From assembly GCF_009914755.1 (NCBI RefSeq), contig NC_060943.1: 64,000 bases of DNA. The stretch is one strand, 5' to 3'. This stretch comes from the human T2T-CHM13v2.0 reference genome, Homo sapiens. Positions within the stretch are counted from its first letter, which is position 1; the number at the start of each line of letters is the position of its first letter. The notes beneath the pieces are model-generated. The model saw only the letters and a program-made list of their open reading frames with translations, did not search any database and had not been told where the DNA came from. Shown one piece after another: positions 22,369 to 61,100 of this stretch. The position numbers were made by a program, and so were the translations under genes.

Positions 22369-23153
22369 TTGTAGACAAATAAGGAGGCCACCTTCAGACA
22401 GAGCACTGTACGCTGTTTTGTTCTTGTTTTTCTTTGAGATGGAGTCTCGCTCTGTCTCCCAGGCTGGAGTGCAGTGGGACCATCTCGGCTCAATGAAACC
22501 TCCGCCTCCCAGGTTCAAACGATTCTCCTCCCTCAGCCTCCAAGTAGCTGGGATTACAGGCAACCAACACCATGCCTGACCAATTTTTGTATTTTTAGTA
22601 GAGACAAGGTTTCACCATGTTGGCCAGGCTGGTCTCAAACTCCTGACCTCAGGTGATCCAACTGCCTCGGCCTCTGAAAGCACTGGGATTACAGGCGCGA
22701 GCCACAGAGCCCAGCCACAAAGTGACCTTCTAAAAAAAACAAAAAATCCTTTTTGCAAGACAAAAAGTGCTCTCATGATAATTTTTTTAAATTTTTTTTT
22801 GAGACATGGTCTCGCTGTGTCACTCAGGCTGGAGTGCAGCAGGCTCAAGGCATCCTCCCACTTGAGCCTCCTGAGTAGCTGGGACTATAGTCCCACATTA
22901 CCACACCCAGATAATTTTTGTATTTTTGGTACAGATGGGGTTTTGCCATGTTGCCTACACTGGTCTTGGACTCCTGGGCTGAAGTGATCCACCCGCCTCA
23001 GCCTCCCAAAGTTCTGGGATTATAGGCACGAGCCTCCGCGCCTGGCCCTAATATTTATGGTGGAAATAAGGAGATGATTGCGGTACGATTTCATGCCTTC
23101 CACAGTTTATTGACATAAAAAGAGATTTTTAAAAAAAACATTGACAATGCTTA

Positions 23154-24253
<1,100 letters not shown>

Positions 24254-24299
24254 CTATGTTAAAGAATATTTTTAAAAAAGGAAGAAAGAAAAGAAATAG

Positions 24300-24725
24300 G
24301 ATTGGACAAAATGGATCTGATCTAAAGGTCATAGACTGCAGGGGTCGGGCGGACGGGGAACCCAGCAAACCTGTCTCTCTGCATTCCTCCTGGCCTCTCT
24401 GAGCAGCCTTCCCTCCTGCTGGGCAGAGGGCAGAAGCCTCTCTGGAATGAGGGTCATAGACCTAAAACCAAACAAGATAGGACAGGAATTCCTTTATGGT
24501 CAGTGTTTACAGGGAAGATGGAGGGAAAATTAGAGTCAGAGATTTTAGGTTTTATGGCAGGATTTGGGGAAAAGGGATTCTGGTGTCTATGGCTCACTTT
24601 GGGAAAGACAGTTTCTAGTTTCTATGGCTAGCCTTGGGGGAGAAGGAGGGTCAGGAAGAAACTTCCGCTTCTGAAGCTGCTTCGGAAGCCTTTGTTTTGA
24701 GGTTATCGGTTTCTGAGCCCCAATA
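24300..24725 (-). mobile_element. ERV1 LTR fragment (MER31/MER67-like)
   Basis: Ends TTTCTGAGCCCCAATA, the reverse complement of the TGTTGGGGCTCAGAAA LTR start; family assignment tentative. Confidence 0.6.
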
Positions 24726-25687
24726 TTAGCCTGCCACAGTCTAAGCTTTCAAAGCGCCTGTCAAACTCTTGTGGATCTATGTATTTCAAAGACCAAAATC
24801 AACAGCTCACATATGGGGTCCAAGAGGAGGGGGGAGGTCACTGCACGTTGTCACGTGTGAGATCTTTGTTGTTGTTGTTGAGATGGAATCTCGCTCTGTC
24901 ACCCAGGCTGGAGTGCAGTGGCACCATCTCAGCTCGACTGTAACCTTCACCTCCCAGGTTCTAGCAATTATCCTGCCTCAGCCTCCCAAGTATCTGGAAT
25001 TACGGGTGCGTGCCATCATGCCCCGCTAATTTTTTTTTTTTTTTTGTATTTTTAGTAGAGACGGGGGTTTCACCATGTTGGCCAGGCCAGTCTCAAACTC
25101 CTGACCCCAAGGGATCTGCCCACCTCGGCCTCCCAAAGTGCTGGGACTACAGGCATGAGCCACCGCGCCTGGCCTCTTGTGAGATCTGATAAGAAGTCAC
25201 GCACTAGAAGGAAGGGAAGAGTGTACTCCACAACCCCAAACGATGCGTTTGGAATCATTTCAAACCCACATAACAAGAGTTTCATACGGAATTGGGACAG
25301 AACATGGCCCCTAATGAGCCCCCCTAAATAATTCTCAAGGACCACTTCTCCAATGACGAAGGAGATTGAGGATTTTTTTTTCCTACGTTTATTGGCCGTG
25401 TGGATATTTTGCCTTTGTAAAATATGTGTCCAAGCCTTTTGCCCATTTCTCCAGTGGGTAGTATTTCCTTTGTTTTTTTTTTTTGAGACAAAGTCTCACT
25501 CTGTTGCCCAGGCTGGAGTGCAGTGGCCTGATCTCGGCTCACTGCAAACCCTGCCTCCTGGGTTCATGCCAGTCTTCTGCCTCAGCCTCCCAAGTGCTGG
25601 GACTACAGGTGCACACCACCACGCCCTGCTAATTTTTTGTATTTTTAGTAGAGATGGGGTTTCACCATGTTAGCTAGGATGGTCTCA

Positions 25688-25816
<129 letters not shown>

Positions 25817-26279
25817 CTACTTGGAGGCTGAGAAGGAAGGATCCCTTGAGCCTGGGAGTTTGAGGCAGCAATGAGCTATGCTCTTACCACTGCACTCCAG
25901 CCTGGGTGAAAGAGGAAGAAGACCCTTAATAGGCGGACCACGGTGGCTCACGCCTGTAATCTCAATACTTTCAGAGGCCTAGGTGGAAGAATTACTTGAG
26001 ACCAGGAGTTCAAGACCAACCTGGGCAACATAGCGAGACCCTCATCTCTCCAAAAGTTTGAAAAAGAAAAAAAAAATTTTTAATGAAACAGAAGTCGTTA
26101 ATTTTATTTTATTTTCTAAGACATCTTGTTATAGCAAAAAGTCCTTAATTTTAATATAGTCTAATTTATATATTTTCTTCATTGTAAAAATTTTTGGGTC
26201 CTATCTAGCAAATGTTAGCTTACCTCTATGTAATAAAGACATTCTTCTGTGTTGTCTTCTAAAACAAAACATTGTTTTA

Positions 26280-26570
<291 letters not shown>

Positions 26571-27322
26571 CTAATTTTTTTTTTAGACGGATTCTTCCTC
26601 TGTCACCCAGGCTGGAGTGCTTCAGCCTCTCAATGCCATCATGCCCAGCTAATTTTTTGGACTTGTAGTAGAGACAGAGTTTCACCATATTGACCAGGCT
26701 GGTCTCGAACTCCTGGCCTTAGGTGACCCGCCCACCTCAGCCTCCCAAAATGCTGGGATTATAGGCATGAGCTACTGTGTCCAGCCAGATCTGTCTAATT
26801 TTTTTTTTTCTTTGAGACGCAGTCTCACTCTGTCACTCAGGCTGGAGTGCAGTGGCGTGATCTTGGCTCAATGTAACCTCCACCTCCTGGGTTCAAGTGA
26901 TTTTCCTACCTCAGCCTCCTGAGTAGCTGGGATTACAGGTGCGTGCCACCACGCCTGGCTAATTTTTGTATTTTTAGCAGAGACGGGGTTTTGCCATGTT
27001 GGCCAGGCTGGTCTCAAACTCCTGACTTCCAGTGATCCGCCCACCTTGGCCTCCCAAAATGCTAGGATTACAGGTGCGAGCCACTGTGCCTGGCCCAGAG
27101 CTGTCTAATTTTAAAGAATGTATGAAGATTCAGATTTAGGTTCCTGCTATTATGTTATGGGAAATCTTTTCCTAGTTTCTTCTGATTAATATAAATCCTT
27201 AATTTTATTTTTATTTATTTTTTTACTACAGTCCTCTTTTATTACTTTTTATTTTTCTTAATTTTAATATAATGAAAAGTTCGATTTTTCCTGTTATGGT
27301 TAGCATTTTTTTCTTCTGTTTA

Positions 27323-27460
<138 letters not shown>

Positions 27461-27475
27461 TTAAATTAAAAATTA

Positions 27476-27967
<492 letters not shown>

Positions 27968-28108
27968 TTATTTAAAAGACTGTACTGGACCTGGCATGGT
28001 GGCTCACGCCTGTAATCCCAGCACTTTGGGAGGCTGAGGCGGGTGGATCACTTGAGGTCAGGAGTTCGAGACCAGCCTAACCAACATGGCAAAACCCCAT
28101 CTCTGCTA

Positions 28109-28267
<159 letters not shown>

Positions 28268-28287
28268 TCAAAAAATAAGAAAAAATA

Positions 28288-29975
<1,688 letters not shown>

Positions 29976-30134
29976 AAAATAAGAAAAAATAAAAAATAAA
30001 CACTACTATGGACATGGTAGCTCATGCCTGTAATCCTAGCACTTTGGGATGCCAAGGTGGGTGGATCGCTTGAACCAAGGAGTTCAAGGAGTTGGGAGAC
30101 CAGTCTGGGCAACATAGCAAGACCCCATCTCTAA

Positions 30135-30608
<474 letters not shown>

Positions 30609-30624
30609 TGATCGGAATGACACT

Positions 30625-38570
<7,946 letters not shown>

Positions 38571-38855
38571 CTCTAAACATGGCAACAGAGCCAGCGGTTT
38601 CCAGCCCTATTTGCGCAGTAGAAGGATTATTTACAAATCCTCGTACTTAGACTCCACCCGCAGAGATTCAAGTGGACTGAGCCTGGAGTGAAGCCGAAGG
38701 CATTTTCTTATAATCCTGAGAATGATAATATACAGCTGTCTTTGAAAACCACCACTAAGACTTGTAAACTTTGTTCATTCAAGTCTTCTTTTCTCCCCTT
38801 AAAAGCAGGCTTATCCTTGAGGTGTGCTTTTTCAGACTCCAGTAAGCATCACTGA

Positions 38856-39566
<711 letters not shown>

Positions 39567-40125
39567 CTAAAGCAAGCGCTTGGGCTGTTCTGATGTCAAC
39601 ATACAGTAGCTGGCCCTACCTTTAACCCAGGATAAGGGGCAAAAGTATACCCAAAGATACATGTAATCAAAGTTGCTGGGTGCAGTGGCCCACGCCTATA
39701 ATCCCAGTGATTTGGGAGGCTGAGGTGGGAGGATTACTTGATCCTGGAGGTTGAGACCAGCCTGGGTAACACAGTGAGACCCTGTCTCTGAAACCTAAAA
39801 TAAAATAAAATAAAATACCACTGTGCTCTATCCTGAGCAACAGAGCAAGACCCTGTCTCAAATATAATAAAAATAAAAATAATCAGTCCTTGGGTTTAGC
39901 ATCTTTGGACTAATGGTACCAGCATGAGGGAAAGCAGGTCTTTGTAGCTCTGATAAGTGAACTTTGACACTTCTTAGTGTTTTTCTCTAACTGTGGTGAC
40001 ATACGAATAACATATAATTAACCATTTAAAAATAAGCGGTTCGGTGGCATTTAGTACATCACAGTGTTGTGCAACCACCACCTCTAGGTAGTTCCAAAAC
40101 TTTTTCTTTCTGTTTTTTTTTTTGA

Positions 40126-40284
<159 letters not shown>

Positions 40285-41229
40285 TAGTAGAGATGAGGTT
40301 TCTCCATGTTGGCCAGGCTGGTCTCAAATTCCTGACCTCAGGTGATCCACCCGCCTCGGCCTCTCAAGTGCTGGGATTACAGATGTGAGCCACCATGCCT
40401 GGCCCCAAAACACTTTCCTAACTCTAAAATAAAGTCCCATAAGCAGGTATTCCCCACTCCCTCCTCCTCCCGGCCTGTCCATCCACAAATGAATGGATTA
40501 AACAATATGGTTTATCCATACAATGGAGTATAATTCAGCTGTAAAAGGGGCTTGGCGCAGTGGCTCACACCAGTAATCTCAGCACTTTGGGAGGCCGAGG
40601 CGGGCAGATCACTTGAGGCCAGGAGTTTGAGACCAGCCTGGCCAACATGGTGAAACCAGGTCTCTACTAAAAATACGAAAATTAGCCAGGCGTGTTAGTG
40701 CACACCTGTAATCCCACCTACTCAGGAGACTGAGGCATGAGAATCACTTGAATTTGGGAGGCAGAGAAGTTGCAGTGAGCTGAGATCCTGCCACTGCACT
40801 CCAGCCTGGGCAACAGAGCAAGACTCTGTCTCAAAAAAAAAAAAAAAAAGAGGAATGAGATACCGACACATTATACCATGAGGATAAACCTTGAAAACAA
40901 CATGCTCAGTAAAAGAAGCCAGCACACAAAAGGTTACATATTATATAATGTAATTTTATTTTAGTTTTTGAAAAGCTGGTCTCCTGGGCTCAAGCGATCC
41001 TCCCTTCTTGGCCTCCCAAACTGCTGGGATTACAGGTGTGAGCCACTGTGTCCGGCCTATGATTTTTTTTTTTTTAATGAAATACCTGGAAAAGATAAAT
41101 CCAGAGAAACAGACGGCAGATTACAGGCTCTTTTTAAATTGGTTTCTGACACTATCACAAGATAAAAATGTGGTTTAAAATTGTTGCTTGGTATGTCTTA
41201 TTCACCTCTAAAGATATACTGTTCATCAG

Positions 41230-41884
<655 letters not shown>

Positions 41885-42208
41885 CTAGCCAAAATCCCTT
41901 CTCTACAAAAAATGCAAAAATTAGCTGGGTATGGTAGTGTGCACCTGTAGTCCCAGTTACTCAGGAGGCTTAGGTGAGAGGCTCACCTAGGCCCAGGAGG
42001 TTAAGGCTGCATTGAGCTATGATTTTGCCACTGCACTCCAGGCTGGGCCTAGGCCTTTGTAGTCACAGCTACTTGGGGGCAAATGTAGGAGGATCACTTG
42101 AGCCCAGTAGGTCGAGGCTGCAGTCAGCTGTGTTTTTTGAGACATAGCAAGACCCTGTCTCAAAAAGAAAAAAAAAAGTAGCTACAAGCTCATTTATGCA
42201 AAGGCTAA

Positions 42209-42853
<645 letters not shown>

Positions 42854-42974
42854 TTAACTAAATCAGGATATGCAGAACAATGCCAAGCATATATTAGCCA
42901 CTAAAGAATATATAAGTTGCCTGAAAGCCCCTTTAGGGTTTAAACCTGGACTTCATTATTCACAATCACATTCC

Positions 42975-43399
<425 letters not shown>

Positions 43400-43410
<11 letters not shown>

Positions 43411-43624
43411 CTCCGCTCAATCAATATTAGATAAAATGACAGTATTGGGAGAAATCCAGGGGGCTCTGGAGGACCGAGGGATCATATTGGAGGCAGATAG
43501 GGCAGAGAAAGGTGGAGGAGGTGGGAGTCGGGTGTGGCTGTGGAGGAAGCTACTTAAATCCGGATTTGATCTTTGCTAGTTCTTATCCCTGGACCTGAAC
43601 CCAGGCGCACATCTGGATTAGAAG
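43400..43624 (+). promoter_or_regulatory. DPRX: Probable DPRX proximal promoter and 5'UTR
   Basis: Repeat-free stretch between a MER5-type element and the ATG. Contains G-rich boxes (GGTGGAGGAGGTGGGAG), TATA-like TTAAAT at 43554-43559, palindrome AAATCCGGATTT, and GGATTA at 43615-43620. The TSS cannot be fixed from sequence. Confidence 0.6.
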
Positions 43625-48505
<4,881 letters not shown>

Positions 48506-48540
48506 TAAATACAAAAAGTCACATGTTGTAATGATGTGTG

Positions 48541-49300
<760 letters not shown>

Positions 49301-49768
49301 TCAGGTCCACCTAGCCTTTTGAATCAATGCGAACCCTTCCTCAAGGCCTGGAGGTTGGCAACACAAAATCACCCTGTGGAGAACCTAAAGCATTCCCTCT
49401 CTGAGAGTTGAGTCAATTGGGATTCCACCCCCAAAATTCCTAAAAATCTCAAGTTCCTAGAAAATTCTCAGAAAAAGCAAGCTCTCCTATACCTCCCTGG
49501 CTGTACTCTGATGCAACTTGGCAACCATCAGAGAATCTCCATCCCCTTGAACCTTGGTCCTCTGCCAATGTTCCTCACGCCTGTAATCCCAGCACTTTGG
49601 GAGGCTGAGGCGGGCGGATGGCTTGAGCCCAGGAGTTCGAGACCAGCCTGGCCAGCATGGTAAAACCTCATCTCTACCAAAAACATCAAAATTAGCCAGT
49701 CTCATATACTGGTCTCAAAATAAATAAATAGATTAAAATTTAAACATAAAATAAACATGAGTGTGTTA

Positions 49769-50130
<362 letters not shown>

Positions 50131-50641
50131 TCAAAGGAAGAGAAAGGTCTGGATTGGGTGGTGCCAGCGGCAGCTTCTATGACTGAGTATCTCAATACAT
50201 CTTATCTATAGGACGGCTGACTAGAAAGAGGACAAACCTATAATAGATAAATGGGCGGCAGCCATTGCTTAGCCATAGGCGAATATTTGATGGGTTGGGG
50301 CTCAGGACAAATGTTAAAAACAATCTTAATAACAGCATGCCGGCCCGGCGGCCCACACCTGTAATCCCAGGGGATTTCAGAGGTGGAGGGGGAGGCGGAA
50401 GGATTGCTTGAGCCCAGGAGGTTGAGGCTGCAGTGAGCTGTGATTGCACCGCTGCACTCCAGCCTGGGTGGCAGAGCGAGCCCCTATATCAAAACAAACA
50501 TTATCAAGAAAAATTATTAAATGAATAACAAAAACAGGCTGGGCACGGTGGCTCACGCCTGTAATCCAAGTACTTTGGGAGGCTGAGGCAGGTGGATTGC
50601 TTCAACTCAGGAGTTTGAGACCAGCCTAGGCAACACGGTGA

Positions 50642-50974
<333 letters not shown>

Positions 50975-51889
50975 TAACCCCAAAACTTGTACAACCACCA
51001 GTCCAAGAAACCAAGTCACAATTTCTGCAGCAATCAGCCCCAAATGCCCAGGGCTTGATCCATCACTCGTAGCTTCCCTAGTTTTTGTGCCCATCCCCCA
51101 ACCTTGATTTCAATTTAGGACCAACCAGAGAAACCCAATGTTTGGCTAAACAATCCCACAGGATCCTACTTCTGGTTAGCTCCCTGGCGGCCTCCCAACG
51201 TCAGCAGCCTTTGGTCAGGACATATCTGAAGACTTCGTTTTTTTTCTGCTATAAAGCTTTCTTTCCTTTTTTTTTTTTCTCCTGAGGTGAAGTCTAACTC
51301 TGTCTCCCAGGCTGGAATGTAGTGGCATGATCTCGGCTCACTGCAACCTCCGCCTCCCTGGTTCAAGCGAGTCTCACACCTCAGCCTCCTGAGTAGCTGA
51401 GATTACAGGCATGCACCACCACACCTGGCTAATTTTTATGGTGTTTTTTTTTGTTTGTTTTTTTGTTTCTTTTTGTAGAGACGGGGTTTCACCATGTTGC
51501 CCAGGCTGGTCTCGAACTCCTAACCTCAAATGTTCTGCCCAACTCGGCCTCCCAAAGTGCTGGGATAACAGGCGTGAGCCACTGCGCCTGGCCATGGAAC
51601 CTCACTCTTTAAAGTGTGCAGGGACCCCAGTCATTCCCCACTGTGTCGCGGTTCCCATAACAGTGCCTGTCACCAAGTATGTTTTCAAAATACATTTTTG
51701 GAAGAGAGAGAGAAACAGAAGGGGAGGGGGTAGGAAGAGAAAGTAGGGGAAGAGGAAAGTGAGAGAGGGAGACAGGAAGGGAGAGGGAAGGGAGACACAG
51801 AGATGAAGACAAAGGGAAAGAGACAGAGGCCGGGTACAGTGGCTCATGCCTGTAATCCCAGCACTTTGGGAGGCCGAGGTGGCGGATCA

Positions 51890-52102
<213 letters not shown>

Positions 52103-52400
52103 CTATCTCAAAAAAAAAAAAAAAAACAGAAAGAAAAGAAAAGAAAAGGAACAGCTTCCAAGCATCTTTGGAGAAGGGCTTCACTAACATCAAATCCTGT
52201 CTTCCTCTCATCACCTTCTAGCCCAGTATTTCCCCAACGTGAGAATAATAAGAATCATCTGGGGAGCTGTTAAAACCCAGACTCTGAGACCAGACAGGGG
52301 CATGCTTCCCAGGTGTGGGCATGATTTTTCCCTGGGGTTGTATTTAACAAAGTTCAAAACCCAGGAGGTACAATCAAAACCTGAGCCGTCTGGAGACTCA

Positions 52401-52544
<144 letters not shown>

Positions 52545-53023
52545 TCATCTCTACAAAAAAAAAAAAAAAAAGAGAGAGAGAGAGAGAAAGAAGTTCCCAG
52601 AGAAAGTTCCCAGAGGAAACAGGAGGGAAAAGGGCGAGGACTGCACCCAGCCAGCTAGGGTATGAGTGTGAACCATAGTCTAGGGGGCTGGGTGTGAATT
52701 CCCAGTCCAGGGGCTGTGAATACGTGGAGACACCGATGCTGGCCCTGCACCCAGCCTCCTCCCTGGGCGAACTATTGACTGAAGCCACCCCTCGTGTCCC
52801 CACTGTTCCTGGTCTCAACTTCCTCACCTGATGAATGGGCGGGGAGGGTAATTCCCCTACGGTGGGGCTTTTCTCACTCTGTTATGTGTTCTTACAAAAT
52901 GTGCTCTCTGATATCATCTATATCTCCCTAGAAGGAATCATTAGTTTATCTTTTTTTTTTTTTGTGGGACAGGGTTTCACTCTGGTCGCCCAGGCCGGAG
53001 TGCAGTGGTGCGATCTCGGCTCA

Positions 53024-53461
<438 letters not shown>

Positions 53462-53512
53462 TCAGGAGTTCAAGACCAGCCTGGCTAACATGGTGAAACC
53501 CCATCTCAACTA

Positions 53513-53752
<240 letters not shown>

Positions 53753-54075
53753 CTACAGGCCACTCTTGTGCTATCCACAGTTGCCAAAAACCCCCACCTG
53801 CCTTGTCTATGGACGCCCATCGGGTGATACCACAAACACCTTTGATCCTACAGATACCAGGGTAAATTCAGCATCCAAGTCCTTGAATTCTTCCCGTGAG
53901 TATAAGCTGCCCTGGCTCAGCCCTCTTCTTTGCCAGGAACCCAATCCTTCAAACTTCCCTCAAAGACTGGGTACTTTTAGCATGACTGCTCTAGAGATTC
54001 TGGGTGGGGCTCAAAGTTTAACCTTCAGGGTCAGCAACATTTTATGGAAAGAGCCACAGAGTAAATATTTGAAAC

Positions 54076-54216
54076 ATTCTCGTACACTGACACTCAGCTG
54101 GACTGGCAAAGCAGAATATCTGTGTGTCAGTGTGCGTTTTATTCAGCCGTTGTTTGGGTCAGGGTCTGTGGGCGGCCCCTGGCAGCTAATGCCCTCCTGT
54201 GAGGAACAATACCTCA
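54076..54216 (+). mobile_element. Short LTR3 (HERV-K class)-like U5 fragment
   Basis: CTCAGCTGGACTGGCAAAGCAGAATATCTGTGTGTCAGTGT..TTTGGGTCAGGGTCTG resembles the 3' end of LTR3-type LTRs as I recall it. Confidence 0.6.
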
Positions 54217-54259
54217 CCATCAAGCACAGTCCGTCACATATTCTTGCCCTGGTCGCTCG

Positions 54260-54582
54260 CTCTTTCTTTCTTTTCTTTCTCTTCTTTCTTTCCTTTCTTT
54301 CTCATTTTCGTTTCTTTCTTTCTTTCCTTCTTTTCTTTTTCTTTCTGTCTCTCTTTATCTATTTCTGTTTCTTTCTCTCTCTCTCACCTTTCTTTCTTTC
54401 CTTCCTTCCTTCTTTCTCTTCCTTTCTTTCTCTATCTCTCTTTCTTTCTTTCCTTCCTTCTTTCCTTGTTTCCTTCTTTCTTTTCTTTTCTTTCTTTTTC
54501 TTTCTTTCTTTTCTTTCTTTCTCTCTCTCTCTTTCCTTTTCTTTCTCTCTCTCTCTCTCTCTTTCTCTCTTTCTTTCTTTCT
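54260..54582. repeat. About 320-bp polypyrimidine low-complexity tract ((CTTT)n/(CT)n/(CCTT)n)
   Basis: Almost purely C/T, adjoining the tail of a minus-strand Alu. Confidence 0.95.
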
Positions 54583-55114
54583 GACAGGGTCTTGCTGTGT
54601 CACCCAGGCTGGAATGCCAAGATGCACTCATAGGTCACTGCAGCCCAAATAAATTTCCCCAGGCTCAGGTGATCCTCCCACCTCACCCTTCCAAGTAGCT
54701 AGGACCAACAGGTACATGCCACCATGCACGTCTAATTTTTATTTTTATTTTTTGAGACTGGTCTTGCTCTGTCACCCAGGCTGGAATGCAGTGGCACGAT
54801 CACAGCTCACTGCAGCCTCGACAACCCGGCCCCTCCAAGCAATCTCCCCCCTCACCCTCCCAAGTAGCTGGGACCTCAGGCATGTACCACCATGCCCTGC
54901 TAATTTTTTATTGTTTGTAGAGGCGGGGTCTCCCTATGTTGCGCAGGGTGGTCTTGAACACCTGGCCTCAAGCAATCCTCCTGCCTTGGCCACCCAAAAT
55001 GCTGGGATCATGGGCGTGAGCCACTGTGCCTGGTCTGGTCTTCCTCCTTTCATCCTCTTAGTCCTTGACCTGTCCCTCTTCTAGAGTCCTCCCTCTTCAT
55101 GACCCTCTCCCCCT

Positions 55115-55894
<780 letters not shown>

Positions 55895-56507
55895 CCTTCC
55901 ATGCCTTTTGCTTCTCCTCCTCCCCTGCAAAGCATTCCCCACTCCTTGGGTTCCCCACTTTCAAGCATCCCACCCTCCCTGTTATATGTCATCCTCCTCA
56001 TTCTCTGCTTTTATAACCCTTTTAAAATTATGGGCCCAGCCAGGTGCAGTGATGCATGCCTGTAATCCCAGCTCTTTGGGAGGCTGAGGCAGGCAGTTCA
56101 CTTGAGCTCAGGAGTCCTACACAGCTGGGGCAACATGGTGAGACCCCCATCTCTACCAAATTGCAAATATTAGCCGGGTGTGGTGGTGTGAGCCTGTATT
56201 CCCAGCTACTCAGGAGGCTGAGGTAGGAGAATGGTTTGACCCCAGGAGATGGAAGATGTAGTGAGCCAAGATCACGACACTGCACTCCAGCCTGGGCAAC
56301 AGAGCAAGATCGAGCCTAAAAAAAAAAAAATTAGGTGGGGTGCGGTGGCTCACACCTGTAATCCCAGCACTTTGGGAGGTCGAGGCAGGTGGAACACCTG
56401 AGGTCAGGAGTTTGAGACCAGCCTGGCCAACATGGCAAAACCCCATCTCTACTAAAAATACAAAAAAATTAGCTGAGTGTGGTGGCGGGTGCCTGTAATC
56501 CTGGCTA

Positions 56508-56615
<108 letters not shown>

Positions 56616-56714
56616 TCAAAAAAAAAATACATAAAAAAATTAAAAATTAAAAATCAATTTAAAAAATGCCAGCTAGTATACTTTTCCTCTCTCCCTTCCT
56701 TTTTCTATCTCTCT

Positions 56715-56752
<38 letters not shown>

Positions 56753-57310
56753 AGACAGTTTCACTCTTGTCGCCCAGGCTGGAGTGCAATGGCGTGGGGA
56801 TCTTGGCTCACTGCAACCTCCACCTCCTACACTCAAATGATCCTTCTGCCTTAGCCTCCTAAGTAGCTGGGATTACAGATACAAGCAACAAATCCTAATT
56901 CTTGTATTTTTCGTAGAGGCAGGGTTTTGCCATGTTCTCCAGGCTGGTCTCAAAGCGAATGCTGGCCAGGCTCATTTTTTTAATTTGAATTGTGGGAAAA
57001 CTGAGGCTGGATCGAATGGTCCTGGACATGCCCTGGAACAAACAACATTTAGCTGTGCAAGGCACAGTGTCAGTGTCTGGTATTGGGGTGCCCCAGTCTC
57101 AAGTCCCAAGAAAAAGACAAGGCAGACCATGAATTTTGTGTGGCTCCAACTCAGTTTTCTTCATCTGTTGCTTCACTTGCAGTGCCAGACCAGAATCACT
57201 TTGACCTAAAACTAGCTACGATAATTAACATTCAGTATGACTCATTACCTAACAAATTCAAAATGTAAGGAACTGTCTTTAGAACTTGTTCTATATAAAC
57301 ATGTTATTAA

Positions 57311-57691
<381 letters not shown>

Positions 57692-58042
57692 TAGGTCAGT
57701 CACTTCCCACTAGTAAATAAGTCAGCATCTTTGCAAAGATCAAAGGAAAAGCAATTTTCCTTACCACAGAGCCTCTTACAGGAAAGAGAGCTCTGATTTT
57801 CCATATGTTCCCCAACCATGCTAGGATGTTCCTGTGCCCTGATGGCATTCTTACTAACCCATTGTTCCATTCCTTTCCAGCCCTCCTTCCTGTAACGTAA
57901 GTGCAGGTGGGAGTTGGGGATTGGTCCGCTAACTGGGTATAGAGAAAACAGATGGGTATGCTATTCTCAGTAAGGGAGCTTCTGTCCTGGGAAAAATGTG
58001 GCCTCTCCTAAGGAACCCTATCCCATTGAATCACCCTGATTC

Positions 58043-58073
<31 letters not shown>

Positions 58074-58218
58074 GAGATGGAGTCTTGCTCTGTTGCCTAG
58101 GCTGGAGTGCAATGGTGTGATCTCGGCTCACTGCAACCTCTGTCTCCCGGTTCTAGTGATTCTCCTGCCTCAGCCTCCCAAGTAGCTGGGACTATAGGCA
58201 TACACCACCAAGCCTGGC

Positions 58219-58250
<32 letters not shown>

Positions 58251-59089
58251 ACGGAGTCTTACTCTGTGCCAGGCTGGAGTATAGTGGCGTGATCCCGGCC
58301 CGCTGGCTCACTGTAACCTCCGCCTCCTGGATTCAAGTGATTTTCTTGCCTCAGCCTCTTGAATAGCTGGGACTATAGGCGCCCACCACCACACCCAGCT
58401 AATTTTTGTATTTTTAGTAGAAACAGGTTTTCACCATGTTGGCCAGGATGGTCTCGATCTCTTGACCTCGTGATCCACACGCCTTGGCCTCCCAAAGTTC
58501 TGGGATTACAGGCGTGAGCCACTGCGCCCGGCCCTAATTTTTGTGTTTTTAGTAGAGATGGGGTTTTGCCATGTTGGCCAGGCTGGTCTGGAACTCCTGG
58601 CCTTAGGTGATCTGCCCACATTGGTCTTCCAAAGTGGCGAGATTACAGGCAAGAGCCACTGTGCCCTGCCTCTCACATTTTCTCTCTTCCCAGATTTGGT
58701 TCAAGAACTTAAGAGCTAGGCCATGTGCGGTGGCTCACGCCTGTAATCCTAGCACTTTGAGAGGCCAAGGCAGGCAGATCGCTTGAACTCAAGAGTTCCA
58801 GACCACCCTGGGCAACATGGTGAGATCCCTGACTACAAAAATTCGCCAGGTGTGGTGGCATGTGTCTGTAGTCCCTGCTATTCAGGAAGCTGAGGCAGGC
58901 GGATCGCTTCAGCCTGGGAGGTCAAGACTGCAGTGAGCTGAGATGGAGACACAGCACTCCAGCCTGAGCGACAGAGCCAGACCCTGCCTCAAGAAAACAA
59001 AACAAAACGATAACACTGGAGAGCCAGAGCAGGAACCAGTCTCCTCTCCAATCTCCAAACCTGAGAGAGACATGAGTCACACTGACGGC

Positions 59090-61020
<1,931 letters not shown>

Positions 61021-61100
61021 TCGCTTGAGACCAGGAGTTAAGAGACCTGCCTGGGCAATATAGTGAGACCCCTGTGTTTGTTTGTTTGTTGAGACCCTTG

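Noticed and set aside
57024-57033. p53/p63 half-site GGACATGCCC upstream of the CpG island
   Set aside because: Only one good decamer with no convincing partner half-site; expected by chance in 64 kb.
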